DNA from: Myxococcota bacterium
GTDB lineage: Bacteria; Myxococcota_A; UBA796; GCA-2862545
Length of the DNA: 63,984 nt
Assembly: GCA_039208735.1 (NCBI GenBank)
Contig: JBCCQY010000043.1
Location: forward strand, 1-63,984
Direction of reading: 5' to 3'
Part shown: positions 30,322 to 39,897 of the stretch, in pieces
How the letters are laid out: each line of letters opens with the position of its first letter
Position numbering within the stretch: position 1 is the stretch's first letter
Made by a program: the position numbers and the translations under genes
The notes under the pieces: model-generated
What the model was told of the DNA's origin: nothing
Databases searched by the model: none
What the model saw: only the letters and a program-made list of their open reading frames with translations

Positions 30322-31334
30322 GCGCGCTCGCTCCCGGGAACCGGAAGATCGAGCAGGATGCGTTCGACGACATCATCGGGGGTCACGCCTTCGAGATCCG
30401 CGTCGGGCTGCAGCAAGAATCGGTGGCGAAGGACGGGCGCGGCGAGATCCTTGATGTCGTCCGGCACGACATAGGTGCGTCCCGCGGCCGCGGCGACGAC
30501 CTGGGCGCAAAGCAGTAGCGCGATCGAAGCCCTTGGTGAAGCCCCCAAATCAACGGCCGCATCCTCTCGTGTGCGACCCACAATCGCGGTGATGTACTCG
30601 AGGATCTCGGGGTCGACCCGAACTTTGCGAGCCACCGCCCGCAGCCGCTGAATGCCCGACGAGTCGACGACGGTCTTCAGCTGTGCGGCCTCGAGGTCGC
30701 TCGCGTCAAATCCGTCGAGGTAGTGCTGAAGAAGCCGAACTTCGACCTTGGTGCTTGGATGGTCGACGAGCACCTTCATGACGAACCGATCGAGCTGGGC
30801 TTCAGGAAGGGGGTAGGTTCCTTCAGACTCGACGGGGTTCTGCGTGGCAATCGTAAAGAACGCCTCTGGCAGGGCGCGGGTATCGCCATCGACCGTCACC
30901 TGACGGTCGCTCATCGCCTCGAGCAAAGCCGCCTGGGTCTTCGCCGGAGCGCGGTTGATCTCATCGGCGAGCAGCACTTCGGTGAAGATCGGGCCCTCGC
31001 GAAAGACGAACTGGTTCTGTGCGCGATCGAACAGGTTGCTCCCCGTCACATCGCTCGGCATGAGGTCAGGGGTGAACTGGATGCGTTTGAAGCTCACCCC
31101 CAGCACCTTGGCCACACTTCGGGCAAGCAAGGTCTTGCCGATGCCGGGCGGCCCTTCGAGCAGCACGTGGCCCGCCGCGAACAGGGCGACCAGCACGGAT
31201 TCGACCGCGTCTTCCTGGCCGAGCAGGACGCGTTGGACCTCATCGCGGGCAGCACCAAAGACGCGAGCCAGTTCCGAGACATCCACCGGGGCTGGACCGG
31301 GAACGGTTAGCTCGTGCGGCGCGTGATCGTCCAA
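30318..31334 (-). CDS. MoxR-family AAA+ ATPase
   Basis: GHVLLEGPPGIGKT, RIQFTPDLMPSD, ADEINR, ATQNPVE.EGTYPLPEAQLDRF, GASPR. Confidence 0.95.
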   Translation of the reverse strand: MDDHAPHELTVPGPAPVDVSELARVFGAARDEVQRVLLGQEDAVESVLVALFAAGHVLLEGPPGIGKTLLARSVAKVLGVSFKRIQFTPDLMPSDVTGSNLFDRAQNQFVFREGPIFTEVLLADEINRAPAKTQAALLEAMSDRQVTVDGDTRALPEAFFTIATQNPVESEGTYPLPEAQLDRFVMKVLVDHPSTKVEVRLLQHYLDGFDASDLEAAQLKTVVDSSGIQRLRAVARKVRVDPEILEYITAIVGRTREDAAVDLGASPRASIALLLCAQVVAAAAGRTYVVPDDIKDLAAPVLRHRFLLQPDADLEGVTPDDVVERILLDLPVPGSERA

Positions 31335-33181
31335 ATCTCCTCCATCAGCGCGAGATCACCGTCAACGGCTCGCGGATTCTCGGTCTCTGCGGCAGCGACG
31401 ACGCGCTCTGCGAACGCCCTCGCCTGAGCCTCGGGATAGCCCGCGCGCTGGGCCGCGAGCTGCAACCCAGACGTCCCGAGGCGACCGTGCCACAGGCGAG
31501 CGAGTTCCCGTAGCGCGTGTCCAGACGCCCCAAGTCGATACCAGCGGGTGCCTAAGGCCGTCACGTGCTCGCCAAAGGAAAGCCGATCTTGGGCCAAGGC
31601 TTCACGGCGGCGAGCCAACGGCCAGCCCCGCCACAGCGAAAGCAACGTCCACATCGCGAGCAGTTGCAGCACGAAGGGCAACAGACGAGCGTTCGATAGC
31701 GAGGCCACCGGGTTGTTCTGGTTGAGCTGCGAGGACAGCGCCGCGTCAGTCACCAGCTGGATGCGGGCTGGCGTCGGCAAGGGCCAGCCCAGATGGGCCT
31801 GCCCCAGATAGAGCAGGTCGCCCATGAACGCTTCGTTAGCGGGATCGGCGAAGGCCACGTTGTCGAAGAGCCGGGCATCGGCAATGCCGATCACCACCCC
31901 CGCCCCCACTCCGAGTTCAGCCACGACCCCCAACCCACTCCGAACGCCATCGTCGGCGACGACCCACGCCTGGTCAGAAAGGAAGGCATGCTCGGGCCCG
32001 TCGGGCCATCGGGGCATGGGGGTGTCGGTACCGAAGAGGGGGCTTCGCGGTGACAGGGTGGCGCCAGGCAACAGAGGCACCCGTCGGCCAAACGCTTCGA
32101 ACCCGAGCTCGACGTCTCCCGCCGCAACCAGAATGCCGCCGTCATCCACCCAGTCGCGGACGGTCTGCCATTGGGTCTCATCGAGATCGAACACCGAGAG
32201 ATCGACAAACAACGCATCGATACGCTCGTCGATCTGCTCGAGCGAAACCAATCGATAGCCCGCATCATAGCCGTGTAGGGCCAGAACCCTTGCCAGTCCT
32301 GCGTCACCCGTCGAGGCGTAGCGGTCACTTTGCGCGAACGCGGTTCCTGGGACGGCGAATCCCACCATCAGCAGCACCGCGACGATGGTGGCAAGCAAGC
32401 GCTGCGTTGCGTCCAGTGCCTCGTTGGCGTCAGCCTCGGCGACGGGCTGGCCGCCCCACCGATGCCGCTCCGCCGCCCGCACCACGGTCTTTAGGTCGTC
32501 CGCCACCTCGGGGTGGGAGCGTACGGCCCGAAGGTATTCCCGGTCCGTCTTGCTGCGATGAAGCCGCAGGAGCGATTGCGCATGCAGATGTTTCAGCGCT
32601 GCCCCTCGGGCCAACCAAGCTGCTTCGCCCCACCGGCCTTCGGCGAACGACGCCCGAGCCCGGTCGATGAGTCCCAGCGACGTGAGCTTAGGCACATCTG
32701 GCAAGGCCTCGTCGAGATCGTCTGGCGCGAGGTCGGCGGTCACTGCGGGCTCGTCTGGTGAAGGAGTCGATCGGCGACGGAATCGCCCGAAGGTGATGTA
32801 GAACGCCCGCAATAGTACGAGCACAAGCGCCGCTACGAGGAACGCGCCGACCCATCGCAACAACTCTTGGGTCGAATCGTCGGTCCACTCGAACGTGGTC
32901 GTGCGTGGAGATTGAGCAGGATCAAGGTTGGGATCGGATGTGCGTTCGTTGCATCCCGTCGCCTCGGGAGCCTCGACCGCCTCGACCGCCTCGCCATTGC
33001 ACAACTGGTGCATCGCCGGGCACCGTTCCGGAGGCGTCTCGGCCACGAACCGGCACCACTCTTCACGACGTCGAATCTCGGTAGGTACCTGACAAAACCG
33101 AAAGGCCGGATCGTCGAGGGCCGACCCTTCGGGCTCCGACGTCGAATCGCACGCGACCGCCAGCAGGATCAGCCACCTCAC
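31307..33181 (-). CDS. Membrane protein, apparent DUF4129 + DUF4350 fusion
   Basis: SKTDREYLR...RWGG DUF4129-like motif, then a GATase-like WV..GG.L DUF4350-like region and EHV.ALG..Y. GTG 33181 overlaps the upstream stop. Confidence 0.7.
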   Translation of the reverse strand: MRWLILLAVACDSTSEPEGSALDDPAFRFCQVPTEIRRREEWCRFVAETPPERCPAMHQLCNGEAVEAVEAPEATGCNERTSDPNLDPAQSPRTTTFEWTDDSTQELLRWVGAFLVAALVLVLLRAFYITFGRFRRRSTPSPDEPAVTADLAPDDLDEALPDVPKLTSLGLIDRARASFAEGRWGEAAWLARGAALKHLHAQSLLRLHRSKTDREYLRAVRSHPEVADDLKTVVRAAERHRWGGQPVAEADANEALDATQRLLATIVAVLLMVGFAVPGTAFAQSDRYASTGDAGLARVLALHGYDAGYRLVSLEQIDERIDALFVDLSVFDLDETQWQTVRDWVDDGGILVAAGDVELGFEAFGRRVPLLPGATLSPRSPLFGTDTPMPRWPDGPEHAFLSDQAWVVADDGVRSGLGVVAELGVGAGVVIGIADARLFDNVAFADPANEAFMGDLLYLGQAHLGWPLPTPARIQLVTDAALSSQLNQNNPVASLSNARLLPFVLQLLAMWTLLSLWRGWPLARRREALAQDRLSFGEHVTALGTRWYRLGASGHALRELARLWHGRLGTSGLQLAAQRAGYPEAQARAFAERVVAAAETENPRAVDGDLALMEEIWTITRRTS

Positions 33182-33972
33182 GCGGCCCCCTCGGGAGGGG
33201 CTGCCCCAAGGCCCGCCGCACGCAATGCCACCTGGAGGTCCCAGCCCTCCACTCGGGTGCGCACATCGACGTAGAGCAACAGGCGAAAGATGGCGAAGAG
33301 CGGCTGGACCAACAGCATGCCGATGAACACGTAGGGCGTGAGCTGAAGGTTCCACAACGATCCGAAGGGCTCTCCCAGCTGAAGCAAGAACCCTACGACG
33401 ACCTGACCTGTGAACTCGCCCACGAGTCCGCCCCACAACGTGAGCAATCCGAACGCCAACACGGCGACAACCGCCGCTGACGAATGGCGCCAAGCGAGGT
33501 TGGACGAGCGGCCAACGGTGGCCTGCGCTCCCACCCGTTCGAGGAGGGCCGTTTCAAAGACGTAGACCGTCACGGGGAGGGTCACGATCCACATGACACC
33601 CGAACAAACGCCGAACACCAACGCGACGGTTTGCGCCATCCACGCTCGAAACAGGCCGCTTAGGCGCCCGCCGACCTCTCGGAGGGCCTGGCGAGCGGTC
33701 ACATCGTCGCTGAACAGCAGCCGGCCTGTGAGCACGGTGAACGGGCCGTGGACCAAGGGCGCTACGACAAAGGTGGCCAGCACCAAAAACCACCGGTCCT
33801 GGGGTGCCATCACGGCCCAAAACCCCAGGATGACCACGATGGCGGGAAGGACGACGAACACCGTAAGTTCGATGAATCGGCGAAGGTGACGCCGCAACAA
33901 CAGCAGCGACAAGTCGAAAGACTCCGGCGTGGTTCGTGGCCGAAGGGCGATGCGGCAGAGGTGTGGATTCAC
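33178..33972 (-). CDS. Membrane protein of the RDD/SpoIIM/MoxR cluster
   Basis: LRPR N-terminus, about 6 TM helices, LLYVDVRTRVEGWDL C-terminal motif; GTGA overlaps. Confidence 0.8.
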   Translation of the reverse strand: MNPHLCRIALRPRTTPESFDLSLLLLRRHLRRFIELTVFVVLPAIVVILGFWAVMAPQDRWFLVLATFVVAPLVHGPFTVLTGRLLFSDDVTARQALREVGGRLSGLFRAWMAQTVALVFGVCSGVMWIVTLPVTVYVFETALLERVGAQATVGRSSNLAWRHSSAAVVAVLAFGLLTLWGGLVGEFTGQVVVGFLLQLGEPFGSLWNLQLTPYVFIGMLLVQPLFAIFRLLLYVDVRTRVEGWDLQVALRAAGLGAAPPEGAA

Positions 33973-34946
33973 CCGGCGGTCCCCCCTCCGGCGGGCCCCA
34001 TGCGACGCCCTCCGTAGACGAACCAGCCGATCACGATGACCCACTGGACGAGGCCAAATCCGTATTTGACGGGCCTCGGCACCGGAGAGGCCGACCAAAA
34101 CCCTTCGATCGCAGCCGCGACGCACAGCATGAGCGTGACGCCCAAGACCAACCGGTAGAGCGCTGGCGCCGCCCGACTAAGCGAGGCTGCGAGGGTGCGG
34201 CCGTCGGTCACGACCACCGCCCAACCAAGCCGAAGCCCTGCCGCCCCTGCCACGCAGACCCCGGTGAGTTCCCACGCCGAATGGCCACTGACGAACTCGA
34301 GCAGATTGAAGCCCATGCCAACGCTGCCGAGGTAGCCAGCCGAAGTCCCGATCACCAGGCCGTTGTAGACGAGAAAGAACAGCGATCCAAGACCGGCGAG
34401 CACGCCCATCGCGAAGGTGCGAAAGGCGATGCCTACGTTGTTGAAGACGTAGAAGCCCGCCATTGAGGCGTCAGCACCGGCACTGCCGCGATGAAGATCC
34501 TCGGTCGAATACATGGATTCAAGCTGCTGAAGGCTGCCCTCGGGCAAGACGCTGGCCGCAAAACTCGTGTCGAGCAGGGCGCCGACAAAACCAACGAGGA
34601 AGGGGACGTAGAACAGCGCTGACGCGAGACCAAAGAAGCGCCATTCAGCCCGCAGCGCCCGTGGAAATCCCGAGACGGTCTCGGTCCATAGCGATCGTCC
34701 AAACCCCACCGGTCGCACCGCGTAAAGCCGGTTGTGGGCACGCCCCGCGAGGTCGTCGAGGTAGCCCTGCACATCGTCAGGAAGGTCGAGGCTCCGGGCC
34801 TTCGCCAGGTCGGCGCACACCGACCGGTAGCCTCGAGCCAACCTCGACCATTCGTCGGCATCGAGCCGGTCGCGGTCGGCGAGCCTCTGCAGTGACTCCC
34901 AACGCTCCCGGCGCGGCCCCACAAAGGCGTCGCGATCGGCAATCAT
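33969..34946 (-). CDS. Stage II sporulation protein M (DUF95) family membrane protein
   Basis: YR....DLA.AR, NN.GIAF..FA.G, NG..IG, H...EL, AA.IEGF.S. Confidence 0.9.
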   Translation of the reverse strand: MIADRDAFVGPRRERWESLQRLADRDRLDADEWSRLARGYRSVCADLAKARSLDLPDDVQGYLDDLAGRAHNRLYAVRPVGFGRSLWTETVSGFPRALRAEWRFFGLASALFYVPFLVGFVGALLDTSFAASVLPEGSLQQLESMYSTEDLHRGSAGADASMAGFYVFNNVGIAFRTFAMGVLAGLGSLFFLVYNGLVIGTSAGYLGSVGMGFNLLEFVSGHSAWELTGVCVAGAAGLRLGWAVVVTDGRTLAASLSRAAPALYRLVLGVTLMLCVAAAIEGFWSASPVPRPVKYGFGLVQWVIVIGWFVYGGRRMGPAGGGTAG

Positions 34947-35698
34947 GGTGTGTCCTCGGGACGGTCCCGCCCCATCACTCGCGCATAGGCCAATGTCAGG
35001 ACGCGTTCTGCGGTGGGCGCTTCGATGCCCGTTCGCTCGGTGACCTCCGGGGCGAAGAACCCCGCCAGCTCTTCGGCTCGCTCGTTGCTGATCTGCGACC
35101 GTCGGCGCAGCAACGCCTCAATCGCTCGCAGTTCGGACTTGTCGAGATCGACCCGGGCGGGCAGGGCTTGCCGTTCAGCCTCCGTCACCGGCGGGACGAT
35201 CGGCACTGCCGCGAGCACCCGGGTGCGTTGCTCCGCGATCACGATCGTGCCTCCCACCAGATCCCCAATGCGTCGCAATCGCTTGTCGAACGTCATCACC
35301 AGCACGGCGCCGGCGAACGCCACCGGAAGGAAATCGACGGAACGAAGCAGATTCCGGAGCAAGAAGTCCGGGAAGCGACCCGGTGATCCATCGGCCCGAA
35401 CCACGCGCAGTCCCAAGGCGCGTTTTCCGGGAGTCTGCCCACCCCAGAGCGTCTCGAAGAAGGCGCCATAGAGCCACTGCAACGCGAAGACCAAGACGAG
35501 CAGGAGCCCCATGCCCAGCTCACCGAATCCTTCGATGATGGACAACATCAGCACCGCGGTCACGGCGAAAAGCACCACGACGGTCATCACTGCGATGTCG
35601 ATGGCCCACGCGATGGCCCGAGGCCCCGGACCCGCGAGGCGGAAGCGGAAGCGAACAAGCTCGGGCGTGTCGACCGTGGCCGTGGTGTCGAGCAGCAT
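34943..35698 (-). CDS. RDD family protein
   Basis: TPE.V.F...LAG...RA.AW.ID, GQTPGKR..GLRVV, RN.LR.VD, RIGDLVGGT. Confidence 0.92.
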   Translation of the reverse strand: MLLDTTATVDTPELVRFRFRLAGPGPRAIAWAIDIAVMTVVVLFAVTAVLMLSIIEGFGELGMGLLLVLVFALQWLYGAFFETLWGGQTPGKRALGLRVVRADGSPGRFPDFLLRNLLRSVDFLPVAFAGAVLVMTFDKRLRRIGDLVGGTIVIAEQRTRVLAAVPIVPPVTEAERQALPARVDLDKSELRAIEALLRRRSQISNERAEELAGFFAPEVTERTGIEAPTAERVLTLAYARVMGRDRPEDTP

Positions 35699-35749
35699 CA
35701 CGAGCCCGGTATCGCGCCAGGTGGGGGCGAAACAGGCGGGCGCTTGATA

Positions 35750-36388
35750 ATGTCCCGGGCCATGATCGAGGACGCCCGAATCGAGCAGCTGCGGCAGGCT
35801 GCGGCTCCCTCGGCCCCCGCCCCGTTGCGCCGCGAGGCCATCGACTGGGCGATGGGTCACCTCGAGCCGTTGGAGCCGCGCATGTACGCCACCTGTGCGC
35901 AATTTGTGGGCGAGGGCCCCCAAGCCGAGGCTCTCACGATCGAGGTGCTTCACCTCGCGGGACGCCGGCTGATCGAATTCGAAGGCGACACCACCGACCG
36001 TGAAGCGGTCTGGGGCTGGGTGTACGACCTGCTTCGACGCCGCTGCCTGCAAGCCTTGGGGCCCCCTCCAGACGTGTTGACGGCGGACGGCGTGCTGCCG
36101 CCGCACAGCGAGGTGGCTCGGCTCGCCGCAGATCTGCGTGACGATCAACGGGAGCAACTGCTGTTGTCGGTCGCGCGGGAAGTGCTCGGTCCCGAAGAGC
36201 AAGAAGCGGTCTACCTGCGCTACGTCGAAGGGGCGAGCCCAGCCACGGTCGGTGCGGTCTTGCGCCTTGGCGAGGGGGGTGGCCAGGCGATGCTGTCCCG
36301 ATGTCGGCAACCGCTGGGACGGGCGCTTCGCCTGCGACTGGCCGACGAACTATCCCGTGCGCAGCTCGATGCGGAGGGCTCCGAATGA
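35750..36388 (+). CDS. Divergent ECF-like RNA polymerase sigma factor
   Basis: Region-4-like L...EQEAVYLRYVEG...ATVGAVL HTH and region-2-like W.W.Y....R.CL; ATGA-coupled to the kinase. Confidence 0.6.
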   Translation: MSRAMIEDARIEQLRQAAAPSAPAPLRREAIDWAMGHLEPLEPRMYATCAQFVGEGPQAEALTIEVLHLAGRRLIEFEGDTTDREAVWGWVYDLLRRRCLQALGPPPDVLTADGVLPPHSEVARLAADLRDDQREQLLLSVAREVLGPEEQEAVYLRYVEGASPATVGAVLRLGEGGGQAMLSRCRQPLGRALRLRLADELSRAQLDAEGSE

Positions 36389-39291
36389 AGCGTCACCCGA
36401 GCTGGCAGGCACTGCTGGCCCGCCCCCTGGACGCCAAGACCGCAGCCCACGTTCAGGAATGCCCCCAATGCCGAGTCGATCGGCGGCGCCTGCTCGCTGA
36501 AGCCCCATTGGCACTGCCTCGCAGCCCCCGGGCGCGGCTCGACGAGGCGCATGAGCCGGTTCGATGCGAATTGCTGCCTGCGGTGCGAAGTGCGGTTGCC
36601 AAGCTGCCTCGCATTAGCGAACGCACGCGCCTGCCGGCCGCGGGAACCGCGTTTGGCCCCTACCGGGCGGTCGGCGTGATCGGCCGTGGCGAGACCTCCG
36701 TCGTGCTGCTCGGCGTACACGAACGCCACGGGACACGTCACGCCCTGAAGGTCGTGCGCACCCGACGTCCCGAGGTGATGCGGCAAGTCCACAACGAGCA
36801 CCGCCTCCAGGACGAGCTGTCCCATCCCCAGTTGCTGCCCGTGGTGGACTCCCTCGATGCGGCCACCGGTCAGGCCGTTCTCGTGCTCGAGTTCGTCGAT
36901 GGACCCTCGCTCGCCAAGCTCCTGCGTGCGCGGGCGTTTTTGCCGTGGCCCTGGATCGATGCCATCGCCATCGATGTCCTCGGAGGGATTGCGGCCCTGC
37001 ACGAGGCCGGTTGGGTTCACCGTGATCTGAATCCAGGCAACGTGCTCATCGATCCCAATCCGGCTTTCCGAGCCCGGCTGGGTGATTTCGGGCAAACGGC
37101 CCGCCGGGGCACCACCGACCCCAATCCACCCTCACGGGCCATGCCGCTGTACGCAGCCCCCGAGCACCTTGCGGGCGCAAGCCCGACCGACCCGCGGGGC
37201 GATGTCTTTGCCCTCGGAAGCCTGTTGTACGAACTCGTGACGCATCAGCGATGTTTTGCTGGACTCGATGGTGCCGATGTCGCGCGCCGGGTGCGAGAGG
37301 GAGAGCACCTGCCCGTCGCCCAGTTGCGCCCCGATGCACCAGCCCGGATCATCGAGGCCATCGACGCGGCCCTCACCCTAGACCCCGAAGATCGACCCGC
37401 GCAGGCCAGTGAACTGCTCGATCTGTGGACCCGGGGAGCCGGTGAGGCGGCCCGTCCCGTCGTCGACCTCACCGGCGTCGAACGCGCGTCCTTGCGGTCG
37501 ATGCGGGGCATCGAGCGACTGCCCGAGGCCAAGAGCACCCTCACCCCGACCAGCGTTCCCGAGCCGACGGGCACGTTTCCCGCCCTCACTCAGGCCCAGG
37601 TCGAGGCGCGGACCTACGCACGCCCTAAACTCCCCCGGGTGCTGCGCGGCGGCCGATGGGCCGCCCTGTTTGGCGGACTCGGCCTGGCGGGAATCATCGG
37701 TGCGGCCACCTGGTCGTCGATGCAAGCGGTACCCGAGCCCGCTCCGACCGAGATTCGCCTTGACCGAGGGTGGACCGGCGTGATCGACCCCAGCTTGTCG
37801 CAGAATCGAGGCCGCCTGGTGTTCTCCGACCAGCGCGACCTGTGGGTGGGTCCGCTCGATGGATCGAAGCCGCGGAGCGTGACCGAGGCGTTCGAGCCCT
37901 CCGCGACTCAACCGGTGTGGTCGCAACAGTCCGCCATCGCCTTCACGAGCGCCCAAGGCATCTACACCGTCGACCTGCGCAGCGGCGAGGCTCCGATCCC
38001 CGTCGTGCCCTGGGGTCGGGACCCGACATGGTCGCCCGACGGATCCCGAATCGTGTTCGTGGCACGTGCCCACGATGATCAGCCGGTTGCATTGAGAGTT
38101 TGGGACCGGTGGACCCAGCAGATCGTCACGCTCCTCGAAGAGCCCGACCTTGCGCGCCCCACCTTCTCCCCCGACGGGCGACGCTTGGCCCTCCAGAGCG
38201 GAAACGGGCTCGAACTTCTGGACGTGACGGTCGGCGACGAAGGGCGCCTGGCGGTCACCGGACGTGAGCCCATCGCCCCGTTCGATACGGCCCCCCGCTG
38301 GACGAACGACACGACGCTCGTGGTGTTTCGTGCCCACGGTGGCGAACGGTCAGGCGGGTCCTTCGTTCGCTGGGAAGAGGCCAATGACCGCTGGACCGAC
38401 ACCCAGATTCTCGAGACGACGCACAACGTCCGTTCCTTCGAGGTGGGACGGAACGAGCGATGGTTCGTGCTGGGACTGACCGACCCCGTTCTGACCGTAC
38501 TGCGCATCCCGCGTTCGGGGGTTGTGGCCCCGGTACGAGCCGGCCGCCAGGTCCGGGCGGGGCTCGATGGCGGCGTGGTCCTTCGGGAGGCAAACGGCAC
38601 CCTCGTGCGACTGGATGCTCGAGGCGAGCCCCTGTCCAGTATCGCAAATCCCGATCTCCAGATCGAGGATTTCGGCCTCCATCCAGACGGCACGCTCGTG
38701 GTGAAGGCCGCGTTTGCCGAAGGGACGCCCGATTGGTCCGTGGTCGGCGAAGACGGGGTTCCCAATGCGCATCCCACCCTTTCAGGAGCGCCGCTCGAAG
38801 GACCCTTCGCCTGGTCGGAAGACGGGCGGTTCTTCGCCGCGCATCTCAACGATGAAGGCCCGATCGTCGTTGATCTCGATGAACCGCTCGGCGACCAGCT
38901 CGACGCCGTACGTGAAGCCCCTTGGCCCGGCGAACGGGTCGCGGCGTTGTCACCCGACGGCAGCTGGCTCGTCGTGACCGAGGACTCCGCGTTTCAGCTT
39001 GTCGATCGGCTCTCGGGTGAGGTGGTGGGCGAACCATTGCGCGGTTTGGCGCTGGCCTTCCTGGACGACAACACGTTCGCCATCTTGCAGAGCGACGAGA
39101 TCGTTCTGGTTGACCGCGAGACCCGAGCCATCGCCGAACGCCTTTCGCTGCATCCCTTCACCCTGCCCGCACGCCCGTCCTTCGCCGTCACAGCCGAGGC
39201 ACTGTATGTCGACGGCATCGTGGAACGGGGCGGCCTGGTGCGCATCGACCGCCTTACGGCAGGGCAGGATCCCGGTTCAACACCCCCGTGA
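36385..39291 (+). CDS. Transmembrane Ser/Thr protein kinase with N-terminal ZAS-like motif and extracellular TolB/PD40 beta-propeller
   Basis: HxxxCxxC, IGRG, ALK, HRDLNPGN, DFG, APE, DVFALG, one TM helix, repeated WSPDG/FSPDG. Confidence 0.88.
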   Translation: MKRHPSWQALLARPLDAKTAAHVQECPQCRVDRRRLLAEAPLALPRSPRARLDEAHEPVRCELLPAVRSAVAKLPRISERTRLPAAGTAFGPYRAVGVIGRGETSVVLLGVHERHGTRHALKVVRTRRPEVMRQVHNEHRLQDELSHPQLLPVVDSLDAATGQAVLVLEFVDGPSLAKLLRARAFLPWPWIDAIAIDVLGGIAALHEAGWVHRDLNPGNVLIDPNPAFRARLGDFGQTARRGTTDPNPPSRAMPLYAAPEHLAGASPTDPRGDVFALGSLLYELVTHQRCFAGLDGADVARRVREGEHLPVAQLRPDAPARIIEAIDAALTLDPEDRPAQASELLDLWTRGAGEAARPVVDLTGVERASLRSMRGIERLPEAKSTLTPTSVPEPTGTFPALTQAQVEARTYARPKLPRVLRGGRWAALFGGLGLAGIIGAATWSSMQAVPEPAPTEIRLDRGWTGVIDPSLSQNRGRLVFSDQRDLWVGPLDGSKPRSVTEAFEPSATQPVWSQQSAIAFTSAQGIYTVDLRSGEAPIPVVPWGRDPTWSPDGSRIVFVARAHDDQPVALRVWDRWTQQIVTLLEEPDLARPTFSPDGRRLALQSGNGLELLDVTVGDEGRLAVTGREPIAPFDTAPRWTNDTTLVVFRAHGGERSGGSFVRWEEANDRWTDTQILETTHNVRSFEVGRNERWFVLGLTDPVLTVLRIPRSGVVAPVRAGRQVRAGLDGGVVLREANGTLVRLDARGEPLSSIANPDLQIEDFGLHPDGTLVVKAAFAEGTPDWSVVGEDGVPNAHPTLSGAPLEGPFAWSEDGRFFAAHLNDEGPIVVDLDEPLGDQLDAVREAPWPGERVAALSPDGSWLVVTEDSAFQLVDRLSGEVVGEPLRGLALAFLDDNTFAILQSDEIVLVDRETRAIAERLSLHPFTLPARPSFAVTAEALYVDGIVERGGLVRIDRLTAGQDPGSTPP

Positions 39292-39805
39292 TGCGGTAGA
39301 CCGTCAGGGCAAAGGGGCCGGCCTGCTTGCTCCCGATCAGAAAGCCCACCGAGTCGATGTGAGCCGCGTCCAGCGGAGGCGCTTGGGGCACCGGACGGCC
39401 AAAGGCAGTGGCGCGAAACGCCGACAACGGAAGCTCGACCACCTGTCGTTCCCCGGTCGTTTGAACCGGCACCCGCCAGCTGCCGCCGGGAAGGCGGAGA
39501 TCATCGCGACGAGCCGAGAAAAACCATTGCTGGCCATCTCCTTTGATTTCGATCCGAAGGGCATCGATGCCGTCAAGGCCGAGCGACGCAGGGACGGTAC
39601 GCGCCGAGGCAAAGCCGCCATTGTTTTCGAGCGACACCGTGCCCGTGAACGTCACACCGCCATGGTCGTCTTCGAGCGGTATCACCTGGCCCTCGCTCAC
39701 CCCACCCATCACGGTGTCGTGCACCGTGGTCCACGCGCGCTGTGGCGTGAGCACTTCGATCGGATCTGCTGCCAACGCCATCACTCCCCATACCCATGCG
39801 ATCAT
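39254..39805 (-). CDS. CIA30 family protein
   Basis: W..V.D.VMGG.S, G.VSLENNGGFAS, KGDG, G.F.L motifs. Confidence 0.9.
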   Translation of the reverse strand: MIAWVWGVMALAADPIEVLTPQRAWTTVHDTVMGGVSEGQVIPLEDDHGGVTFTGTVSLENNGGFASARTVPASLGLDGIDALRIEIKGDGQQWFFSARRDDLRLPGGSWRVPVQTTGERQVVELPLSAFRATAFGRPVPQAPPLDAAHIDSVGFLIGSKQAGPFALTVYRITGVLNRDPALP

Positions 39806-39897
39806 TGCGCCTCCTTGACCGGGCCGTATGCCTTCGCATCCCGAACTGGCGGCCTTAGGTCTTCCATGGGATGCTCGCGCTTTGGCGAGGAGAGGCC

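Noticed and set aside
32960..32995. Short GCCTCGACC tandem repeat
   Set aside because: Encodes an EAVEAVEAPEA linker; in-frame 9-nt unit, no phase-variation signature.
39254..39291. 38-nt convergent overlap of the kinase and CIA30 genes
   Set aside because: Short 3' overlaps occur repeatedly in this compact window; no sign of special function.
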